From assembly GCA_051294905.1 (NCBI GenBank), contig CM119374.1:22382001-22446000 (forward strand): DNA of 64,000 nucleotides. Reading direction: 5' to 3'. The first letter of the stretch is position 1, and every line of letters begins with the position of its first letter. The notes beneath the pieces are model-generated. The model had not been told where the DNA came from, made no database searches, and saw nothing but the letters and a program-made list of their open reading frames with translations. This document shows positions 35,301-47,300 of this stretch, piece by piece. This DNA comes from Botryllus schlosseri (Eukaryota). The position numbers were made by a program, and so were the translations under genes.

Positions 35301-38300
35301 GATTGACTTGTGACTCGGAGCCTTGTGACTTGGTTACAACCCTGTATGGGGGTGCTAGAGAAAAATGCCGTCGCAGTAGGGGGTGCAGTAGGGTCATAGC
35401 AAAACAACAGTTCTATATATCCCTGAGTTCTCATTGTAAATATACATTCGGCAAAATCTGTCAAATCTCGAAATTTTTCTTCGCGCTAGGCGCGGAATTT
35501 ATGCCGGCCATGCTTGCAACATATTTCCATGCATGCAGTGTTTTATAACAATTCACGTAAAATGAATTGTGCGCGTACTTTTAGATCGCCATCACGCTAC
35601 CTCGAGTTATTTTCCACAACATGTTTCCAACTAGGTATTTTGTACGGCAGCGACCAGCGTGTCGAAATCGAAGAAAGAGACACTGTACCGCTTTTAAGAG
35701 TGACAGTGAGAGTGAGAGGCCTTTGTACATTGAAGATGCTTTGAATCTTTTTGGTTAAAATGATTAACTAAATATATTTGTATTTGAGAGCTAAAAAATT
35801 AAATCTTCAGAATATTTCTTCATCGTATTATAAAGGATGATATTGTTTAGTGTTGTGCCCCGCAACTTTAAATGAACGTTATATAATACGGACTGCTTTG
35901 TTTGGAATACATTCATGTAAAAGTAAATCGACCAGATGATATGAGGTCGTACCGGATGATTGTTATGACAACCTTGATTCGATCCGAATATAGCACATAC
36001 AATTATCACTGGTTAACAAAATGAAGAAAAAAAATTAGGCAGTACATCTGAGAGCCGTTTCTGGGGTTTTTGAGGTTGCTGATTACGAATATAAAATTAG
36101 TTTTGTCAAAATGGCTCTTTGTCAGCTCAAAGCTCAAAATTACTGTATTTACCCTTAAATATTTCTCTTGGTAGGAAGAAAATCGTAGTTTTTTCTGATT
36201 TTATACTGCGCATAAATAGTAGAAGCGGAGTTTTTCGAGTTTTTCGTTGATAATTCTCGGATAATCCCTGATCCGGGGATTATCAACGAAAAACTCATAT
36301 AACTCCGCTTCTACTGGTCGGAATTGACTCAAATTTGTTTTGCATCGTCTTTGAAGACAGCTCAACAATTTCATGAGGTTGACAAAAAAATTTGAGAATT
36401 TTTATTTTTTTATTTTTAATAATAATTTAAAAATTTCAATTCAAGATTGCACGGCCTTTACTGGTTGGAATCGAGTCAAATTTGGTGTGCATCGTTTTCT
36501 TGGACAACCTGACGATTTAGTCACTAGACGAGTGAGATTTGGAAAAAAAAGTTTTTTTTGAACAACCCTAATGTGCAGTGTGCACACTATTCCATCGCTG
36601 GCCTGCACAATCGCATCTTCATTGGCTTGGTGCTCACGATATTATCGTTGACCTACACAATCGCATCTGCAATAGGCCTACGAACGATATAATCGCTGGC
36701 CTAACCATCTCGGACCCAGCATGCGTTGGCTCCTATCTCTCGATGGCTTGTTGACGATATGCCGTTATGTGTATTCTAATTAGTGATTCTGAGAGTGACA
36801 CCGCGAAACTGAATGACATCGAATGTTCGCAAAAATGTGCGTGCGTGCAAGCGTAATTGATTTCCGCTGATAATTAATTCGAAAAAAATCGAAACCCCCT
36901 GATTTTATTTCAATCCCCCTACATTTTCGGCTGGCTGCGTGCCTGATCACGAGAATTAGAGCGAGGTATCATGTCGGCATCAATTCCAGTATCAGCTAGT
37001 CGTCCTTCTAGTACTCCAAACCTAAACATAAGGATGGTCAAAAGGATGTGAAGCCGTTGAAGTTCCCGACATACGACCTGCCAACCTTTTGACTCTCTAC
37101 GAAGCGCTGCTACTATTCAGCCCACTTCTGTGGAAGCTGAAAAAGCATTCAATGAACGTGGACTCTTTGTTACATAATTCCGGTCCCAGCTACAGGATGC
37201 CACAATTGATGCATCTGTGCTTTATAAAGAGGGCATTGCAGAAGCAGTGAACATTAAATGTGCGTGGTTTTTCTCGTATTCGCTCATTCTGCGCGTGTAG
37301 GTAGGTACTCTACAATAACACTGTGTAATGATTTTGCGATCCGTTTTACATGCAGACCTAATGAAATCGATTGTCTCACTTAGCAGTTATTATCCGGTTA
37401 ACCGGTAAGATAAATTCCAAAATATCCGGATATATCCGTTATCCGGATAGTGAAAATTATTGATATCCGAACTAACCCTAGTTCTGCTGTTGTATTTTGA
37501 TTAAAAGAGTCTTATGTGTGTAAAAATAAGAAGTAGATTGAATTTCTAAACTTTATAGTACCCCTGAGCCGATAGTCATTACCGCGAAAATGGGATATTT
37601 TGGTCAAAATAGCCTCATGGGTTATCTCCACAACAGGAGCCAATTTGAAAAAAAACTATGGCCATATTCAGAATCAGTGCCCTTCAGAACCCCCGAACCA
37701 CTCTTACTTTGTCTCCCTAAAAATATCTGTTGACCAGTGTTATCATAGCGTTAATTAGTTGAGTGGTCCGCGGGCGCGATTCAAGCTATTTCCAATAGTG
37801 AAATCCCAAGCCGAAAAGACCGACCGGACTTCGAAATCTTACCCCCTTTCTTCCACTACCGTCTCTAAATTAGTGGGGCGTCAGACCTAGGCAATTATTG
37901 AACGGGGCGCAGCGAGAAAAAGATTAAGAACCACTGCATACAGGCGATCAATCTGCGGGCTCAAAATGAACCTTGCCCGTTTTATCAAGATTACAGTGGA
38001 TATTCAGACACAGGTCTTAAGCAGAGAGCAGAAGCTTTAGGAACAGTCGGAAAATCCCTGGCAAATTTATGTTACGAACGGGTAATGTCAGGCTTGATTA
38101 AATATAGTCGTTATTACGCATACATAGCTCTATCAATGATATTCGGTCGATTTAAATAAAATGCTTACGTGGTACCCGCGAATATAGGTCAGCATGTACG
38201 GCTATTGCAACTGACTTGATGCTCTATCATTGATTATAATATATAGGCATCGGCACCCATGCAATGCTATGCCGATGACATGACAATGAAAACAGTCTAT

Positions 38301-41300
38301 ATAACCCTGTCAGTAGCCCTGGGTGTTTTGTGCCACGGTGTGAGCTTTATGTAGAACAGATTAGTATCAGTTTACGTAGGACCGCAACAGCCGCACCACA
38401 AACCCCCAATGGGAGGGGTCCAAGCTGCGAAGGGGGCCCAAAACTTCACAAATAAACTTAAAGTAGAATATGTTCGTGTGTTTATGTCACGGATGTTGTA
38501 CATGGTATGTACAGAGGTATTGACGAAATGATACACGTAGAAGGCAGGGTGGTTTAGGGCGACAAAGCGCCCAGACATTTCGTTTAATACCCTATGGGGG
38601 CCCCAGATCAGCGTTTTGGAGGGGGCTAAAAAAGTACTTTTCCTGTGCTGAGTATATACGATATTGCTCTTTAGAACACTTATCTGCAAATGAAAGGTTT
38701 GTACTCACTCAAAATGGACAAGATTCGAGATAAAATTCGACGTTTGATTCGGTAACCAGCACACAGTGAAGGCGAGAATAATTGTTGTCACAGTTTTCGT
38801 AATGCGGCGGACCTAAACATAAATATAAGGATGAACAGCGGCCCTGATTGAAGATGTGTTCAATATAACACTTAATAGGATGCATCAATGAATAGCACAG
38901 TGCATTCTATTAATCCACGCAGTTCAATGTGTTCGGCTATAGCATGGATTCTCTAGTTTTTGTTGGCCGTGGCCCATTGAGGCCGAACTCTTGTCCTAAA
39001 GTATACAACAGGGGTTCTCAACCCGCGGCCTGCAGACGCTTATTCTGCGGCCCGTGAGATCTTTCAATATGATCGCAATTACTACCGGCACAGTATTGTT
39101 ACATATTAATTTAGCTACTTAAGCTCTCTTATCACACCGTCTCTGTTCCGTTTCATTGATTCTCATTCTTCAATGTGTTCTGGTTTCTTGATACATGATC
39201 GAGTTTAGATTCTTATTGTTTTGAATAGGTCTTCGGACAGTTCCATCTGGAGCTATACATATCACCTGATCTTAGAAAAAAGCGTTACTAGCTAGGTCTC
39301 AGGCCTAGCAATCCATATTTTGAGGCATTGTTGAGCATCAGCCATGGAAGGAAAGATTAAGGGTTGATTCGTTTGCTCAGAAATTACCCCGAACATGAGA
39401 CTTCTTCTCATATCACTGAGAGCTCAAAGTGACAATGGCCTCTGTAACGAAAAAGTTACCGCAATTTTGTACTTGCTCTCTCACGCATTGAAACAGAGAG
39501 TTCAGTTCTCTGGTGCAAGGGTTTGAAGGTGCACATTATGGCTCTTCAAAAATTACTTTTTTTCTCAAATCGTACTGGCTACTTGATAAAATTGTTAGGT
39601 TACCTAATTTAAGCCTACACACAAAATTTGGTTCAATTCCAGCCAGTAACCGCTTTGCTACAGAAGAAGAAAATTTCCATTTATTATATAAAAATAAATA
39701 ATAAAAAATTTGAAAATTTTCTGTTCACCCCATGAAAGTGTTAGGCTGTCTATAGAAACGATCCTCACCAAATTTGGTTCAATTCCAACCAGTGGAAGCG
39801 GAGTCATTGCCGTCGAAAAATTTGGATTTGAATAAAATAGTATATACGGTGAGCACAATTATAATAAATAAACAAAGAATCGGTCACCGTAAATACTATT
39901 TTATTCAAATCCAAATTTTTCGACGGCAATAACTCCGCTTCCACTGGCTGGAATTGAACCAAATTTGGTGAGCAGCGTTTCTATAGACAGCCTAACACTT
40001 TCATGGGGTGAACAGAAAATTTTCAAATTTGTTATTATTTATTTTTATATGATAAATAGAAACTTTCTTCTCCTGTAGCAAAGCGGTTACTGGCTGGAAT
40101 TGAACCAAATTTTGTGTGTAGGCTTAAATTAGGTAACCTACCAATTTTATCAAGAAGACAAAAAAGTCATTTTTGAAGAGCCCTAGTGCACATACCGACT
40201 TCAGAACGAATGCAATGCACGCTTCATGAAAGGATTTTGCTTGTTCCGTCGGAAGATAACATAATCTCACTAGAAACAGCAACTGGAAGCTTACGAACGC
40301 TGTCCATTGATGCTGTAGAATGCATACAAATGTACCAAATGCCTATTGCCCATGTACGACTGGTAAATAGGCTATATTAGCCTAAATATAATAGTAGTCC
40401 ACAAATATACCGTAATAATGTTTTGCGGCCCGCAGCGGTTTTTTGCTGTTAAGATGCGGCCCGTTATGCAAGGAAAGTGGAGAACCTCTGGTATACAATA
40501 TACACTGTAAAGTAAATAGAATAAGTTGAATAGATGAGTTGCCTGTTTTCATCGTGACGCGAGTGCAGATCGTATCAGCGGCATTTTCTGTTACGTAATA
40601 CGACCTTTAAACCGATACCTGGGTTAAGTAGGTTTTACATGCAGTGATAATCGCATCTTAGTGTTTTATTTCAGTATAGACGCTAACTTTTCTCGTACTC
40701 GAGGACCCACAATTACTACTCTGACCTCCTCTAATATTTTATAAATTGCGCTTACGTGGATCGATACATGCCTGTGGTTATATAAAACTGGACTCCCGGT
40801 TACCTGACCATCTCTAGCTTCGCTGCTTGTCGAGGAAGCCCTGACAAGTCTACCGCCTTCTTTACTTTTTTCACGCCCTCGCACATACGATACGAGTACG
40901 AGGTAGCATCGGCAGATTATTATCAGCGGGATTACGAAGCCGATCACGTTGCGCTCCACCATATGAACTACCCACCACACATCAGTTTGATTTTCCGGGT
41001 ATTTCCAACTGAGAATACAATTCCCCGCATTACACAGGCTAAAGAACATGATAATATATTTGAAAATCGTCAAAAATATCTTCACTTTCTTAGATTTATC
41101 ATGGTAAATATACAGTTTGAGAAGTTCCACTTGACGAGGCTACATGAATGTTGAGCCGATAGACCAGATTTCAATACTTCTTGGATCAGCAATGCGTGCA
41201 ATATATAATACTAATTTTTAATGATCTGAAATTATCATGCAATCGTGTAACGACCAGAGATGGTCAGTATCGAAGTACTTCTACTTTTTGAAGTACTCGA

Positions 41301-44300
41301 AGTAGATTTTTCCCACTCACACTACTTTTCAAGTGGTTATGATTTTAGACTTCTTCTACTTCTACTAAACAGTATTCAGTTTTGTAGGCAAAATAAGCCT
41401 AGAATACCTACTCACTTACTGACTTGGGAACCACTTCTCCTACTTCTACTCGAGTAGAAATTCCGGAGTTACTTGTACTTCTACTTGAGAAGCGGCGGTG
41501 ACTACTTTGACCACCTCTGGTAACGACTCATACATGAAGATGATCCTGGACATGACACTGAAAATAGCCTTCTGCATACCTGCAATATGTCTTATTCCTG
41601 GAAACGTGTTCCCCCCGAAACACGGCCGATGGCACTGCGAGTAAAATGCTAAAACCCCATACGATTGCACACAAACACCAGCATCTTGCCGCTGTTCGTA
41701 AACTTTTGGTCTGCACTTGTATACCTGGGAAAATAGGAATAAATAAATGGACTAAATCTTCGAGGAGGGTTGGTTCGATTATGTTCACAATAAGAGCAAT
41801 TCTGTTCACAATAAGAGCAGTCTCATGTTCACAATAAGAGCAGTCACGTTCACAATAGGAGCAGTCTCATGTTCACAATAAGAGCAGTCTCATGTTCACA
41901 ATAAGAGCAGTCTCATGTTCACAATAAGAGCAGTCATGTTCACAATAGGAGCAGTCTCATGTTCACAATAAGAGCAGTCGTTGTATTCACAATAACATCA
42001 GTCGCAGCACCACCATATCCCCCGGACACGATGTCCGAGTGGCAACATAGTCCGAACACAACCCAGACATGATGTCCGAACACCCCCAGACACGATGTCC
42101 GAACGCCCCCCCCCCCCCAGACACACCCCAGACATAATGTCCGAACGCCCCCCACCTCCAGACACGATGTCCGAGTGTCAACGCAGTCCGAACACACTCC
42201 TGACATGATGTCCGAACACCTCCAGACACGATGTCCGAGTGTCAACGCAGTTCGAACACACTCCTGACATGATGTCCGAACACCCCCAGACACGATGTCC
42301 GAGTGTCAACGCAGTCCGAACACACTCCTGACATGATGTCCGAACACCCCCAGACACGATGTCCGAGTGTCAACGCAGTCCGAACACACCCCAGACATGA
42401 TGCCCGAACACCCCCAGACACGATGTCCGAGTGTCAACGCAGTCCGAACACACTCCTGACATGATGTCCGAACATCCCCAGACACGATGTCCGAGTGTCA
42501 ACGCAGTCGCAGTTCGCGAAACGATGGTGTCACCCGTGAGAGCGACCAATCATTCAATGATCGCGTGCGTTTTACTGAGCCTCCATTGTTCTCTCACAAA
42601 TAAATCGACCGCAAACGAAGTGATCGAAGCTTGCAGCTTACGCTGTAGTAAACTAGTATTGCGAAGTAATTTAGTAGCAAAATGTCTATTTCTGTTCTCT
42701 ATTCTTACCTTAACCAAACCTCTTATCTTATTGAAATTGAATTCGAAAATCGAGTGCCTTGACTTGACTCGAGTCACCTTCGAAAATAGATTGACTTGAC
42801 TTAACTCGATGAGTCTAAATGTGCAATAACTCGAAATGACTCGTGACTCGAAGGTAGTGACTTGATCCCAACACTACGTTGCACTACGAAAATTTTGAAT
42901 TATTTCTACCATGATGCGTGATGTAACCTCCGGAATTCCTCATCCTGCCAGATTTCGTTAAAATATAGTTCTTTCATGTAAAAATTTGTCAGTTTTTGGT
43001 CATCATGTCTGGGTGTGTTCGGAGTTTCGGACAGCGTTGACTCTCGGACATCGTGTCTTATTCGGACACACCATGGCTGGTATGTATTGTGAATATTATT
43101 GTGAACATGACTGTTCTTATTGTGAACATGAGACTGTTCTTATTGTGAACATGAGACTGTTCTTATTGTGAACCTGAGACTGCTCCTATTGTGAACATGA
43201 CTGCTCTTATTGTGAACACGAGACTGTTCTTATTGTGAACATGACTGCTCTTATTGTGAACACGAGACTGTTCTTATTGTGAACATGACTGCTCTTATTG
43301 TGAACATGAGACTGTTCTTATTGTGAACAGAGAGAGAGAGAGAGAGATATGATATTCTTTCTCGCCTGCACCATCGAGATGCTTTGGCGACGGAGTTGCG
43401 ATACGGCCCCATGAGGTCATCTAGTCTGCGCCCCCGTTTTTTTTTCTCCTCCATGCTATCCGTGATTGCTGAGCGCCTAGCAGGATAGCTGCGGATACCA
43501 TTTTTCGAGTCTTTGGTATGACCCGGCCGGGGATCGAACCCACGACCTACCGCTCGAGAAGCCGGACGCATAACCATTACACTATCTCGCTCTTATTGTG
43601 AACCTGAGACTGCTCCTATTGTGAACATGACTGCTCTTATTGTGAACACGAGACTGTTCTTATTGTGAACATGACTGCTCTTATTGTGAACATGAGACTG
43701 TTCTTATTGTGAACATGACTGCTCTTATTGTGAACACGAGACTGTTCTTATTGTGAACATGACTGCTCTTATTGTGAACATGAGACTGTTCTTATTGTGA
43801 ACATGACTGCTCTTATTGTGAACATGAGACTGCTCTTATTGTGAACATGGCTGTTCTTATTGTATTATCATGTCTGGGGTATCTTCGGACTGCATTGACA
43901 CTCTGAACATCATGTCTGGGGGTGTTTGGATATCATGTCTGAGGTGTGTCCGCACTGCGTTGCCAATCGGAAATCGTGTTCGGACATCATGCCCCGGCCT
44001 GTGTTCAAATATCAAGTCTAGGGTGTGTTCATAAAATCATGTTTGGGGTGTCTCCGGACTGCGTTGACACTCGGACATCATGTCTGGGGCGTGGCGAGTT
44101 CGGACGTCGTGTCTGGAGGATGTCTGGGGGGTATTCGGACATCATGTCTGGGGTGTGTCTGGGGAAGGGGCGTTCGGACATCGTGTCTGGGGTGTGTTCG
44201 GGCTGCGTGTACACTCGGACATCGTGTCTGGGGGGGTTCGGACATCGTGTCTGGGGTGTGTTCGGACTGCGTTGACAGTCGGACATCATGTCTGGGGCGT

Positions 44301-47300
44301 GGTGACTTCGGACATCGTGAATGGAGGATGTCTGGGGGGTGTTCGGACATTATGTCTGGGGTGTGTCTGGGGGGGGCGTTCGGACATCGTGTCTGGGGTG
44401 TGTTCGGACTGCGTTGACACTCGGACATCATGTCCGGGGCGTGGTGAGTTCGGACATCGTGTATGGAGGATGTCTGGGGGGTGTTCGGACTTATGTCTGG
44501 GGGGGGGGCGTTCGGACATCGTGTCTGGGGTGTGTTCGGACTGCGTTGACACTCGGACATCTTGTCTGGGGCGTGGTGAGTTCGGACATCGTGTATGGAG
44601 GATGTCTGGGGGGTGTTCGGACATTATGTCGGGGGTGTGTCTGGGGGGGGGGGCGTTCGGACATCGTGTATGGGGGTGTTCGGACATCATGTCTGGGTTG
44701 TGTTCGGACTATGTTGCCACTCGGACATCGTGTCCGGGGGATATGGTGGTGCTGCGACTGATGTTATTGTGAATACAACGACTGCTCTTATTGTGAACAT
44801 GAGACTGCTCTTATTGTGAACATGACTGCTCTTATTGTGAACATGAGACTGCTCTTATTGTGAACAGAATTGCTCTTGTTGTGAACATAATCGAACCAAC
44901 CCTGTAGAAATCTTCCGTGACTATACAGAAAGGGCTGCTTTGAAATGTACATCTTTCTCGTCTGTTGTGAGATCAAAACGCCAATCCCGCGGCCGACACG
45001 GCTTCTAGGAAGTCATAGAGTTCTAGAGTTCTAATTGTCAAGTGAGCAGCGAGAATAAATGAAGAGTGAAGAGTAGTCCATTAAAGTGGTCCATGAAACC
45101 ATACCCATAAAAGACATTGAACTCTATCAAAATGCATTATCCTAGGCCACTAATCCTAATCAGGCAATATGCGACACTGTCGTTGTATAGTGTAATTATT
45201 ACAATAGTAAATACGTCATTGAAAGTGAAATAATAATTTGTATATACCTTTCACTACAACGTTGTATCTGTCGATTGCCATAACCGTAATTAAGAAGACG
45301 CTGGCGTACATGTTGACATTCGTGAGCATTGACGCCGCTTTGCATCTGAAAAGCGACGTAGCATGAATGATTGAATGAGAAACGAATCTGTCGCGGAAAA
45401 ACGATTACCATTCATCATTCTATATATTTAAATATATGAGTAAAGTAGAAAAGTGTCCTTGGCATAACGAGTTGATTGAGATGCAACATCAGTTAGTAAG
45501 CGTGGGATTTGGGAAAGTCACTTTACCGGAACGTCATTATATCCACTGATGTCGATATATTTGAATGCGATGTTTTTCTGTGGAGATTTCAGCCGGCCAA
45601 ATGAGCTGCGTGTAGAGACAAGCATTATATAACATTTTTGAGCCACTTTTTATCAAGTCGGCCCGTTTTTACGATAAAACCAGACCGAGATCCTCATATA
45701 CCATTCATCCAACATACCCAAGTGATTTTTTTCGGATTGCGAGACAGAACGAAGGGAACAACTAACATTTTTTCGCCTAGGATTTACTTACACGATATTC
45801 CCAAATATCCAATGCCCTTGAATATGAGTCACAGCCCATACTGGCAAGGTCGCTATCAAGGATAGATCTGCAATTGCAAGGTTTCCGACGAATATGTCCA
45901 CCTGGGTTAAAAGAGGCGATTAGGACTGACTGCTCAATTTACTATATTGTCATCGTTCATCACGGTAAATGTCTGCAGATCAGTCCAACAATTCATATAA
46001 TAGTGTCTATTGAGTTGTTACTACAAAATAGATAGACCTAGCCACGTCAAAAATAATCGAAGTAGGAGTAGAAAATAAAGGTTAAAAATTAATCAACTAA
46101 ATAGTTTGAAAACATTAATTGAGGCGAGTCGTCGCAGACATTCTGTTAGTCGAAAAACAGGTCAGTGTTCAAAATAGCAAGATAGATCTTCATGGCAAAC
46201 TCAGAATAACTTATAGTACTACAAATACAATTTGCTAATTTTTATATAGTCTGTTACGGTCAATTGGAGGCCATATCAATCAGTTTTTCAGATAATTTCG
46301 GTTATACAGTTTCTCAAAACTATTCTAAACTGTTTCTACTAGATAGTGTCTATTATGTTAAAGCTAAGTGGTCTCAAATCAATAACTGGTCCATTTGTTA
46401 AACATGTCAATCGCACTGTAATAAATTCCTAGGACCAAAATTTGCATTCCACACAGGAGACAGATTGACGAAAGCTTGACGCCAGGCATAATCTTCAATG
46501 CTTGGTTAAACCGCACGCCAAATATCAATATTTATACTTACAATTATAGACAGCTTCTGGACGTATAATCCCGATAATGAGCGACAAGTCGCTTTATGGA
46601 TACTTGTTACCGAAGTGGGAATATGGCAAAATATCATTTACATATGTCAATTAGATTTGCGGATAGTGCCATATATAATTGTCACTGCGGTGAAAAGCCG
46701 CTGCAAAACACACACCCGAATTAATCTGAATGACCCGTTGTCGATATATCCCTCGGCCATTAAAAAGGCATGAGAGATTATTCCATGTCCTATGATTAGC
46801 TCCTATTAGTGGCCTTGAGCGCATTGTACACACGAATTGTGGATTCTATCAGGCGTACATATTAGTGGCGTTTGCCGAGATCAATATTTCAAATGTAACG
46901 ATATTCCAACACATTGGCATAGCCAGGAGGCTAAATGGACCATGCCCCTGCCCCCCCCCCCCCCCCCCTTGCATCTGCTGCACAATATAAAAGGGAATGA
47001 TGAAATTGCCCATTGAATGGTTGCCGTATCTCGAAGATTTTCCTGGGGGAGTTCCATTAAACTCATACATATTTGCGAATATGCGACGCCTCGACCAAGG
47101 CTAGTTTTTGAGACTACTTGCTTAAACACGTTGCTAACATTTCAACTTGAAGTATTTCCATTATCTCGGAATTTTCTCTTTTAATTTGCGGAAGGGCAGG
47201 AATTCACGACATTACGTATAATTCAATGGCAATGCTGATCACGTCGATCACATCTGGCTATACTCTACACAAAATAAGAACAGGAAAGTTGAGAAGACAG

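Noticed and set aside
39210-39240. Spliced-leader RNA-like sequence (tttgaatag|gt)
   Set aside because: It is only a partial match to the ascidian SL as I recall it, has no Sm site context, and lies inside a MITE.
43520-43590. tRNA gene on the minus strand
   Set aside because: There is no proper acceptor stem. It is the head of a SINE.
41940-44819. Many long overlapping ORFs (up to 230 aa) on both strands
   Set aside because: They arise from stop-poor GC-rich tandem repeats, are open in several frames at once, and have no protein-like features.
41785-44885. CRISPR-like regular repeats (21/23-mers)
   Set aside because: The units are directly adjacent with no unique spacers, there are no cas genes, and the context is eukaryotic. 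They are the arms of an inverted-repeat transposon.
46849-47129. Gly-run ORFs or a possible transposase fragment
   Set aside because: The Gly run comes from a poly-C tract, and the similarity to transposases was too weak to support.
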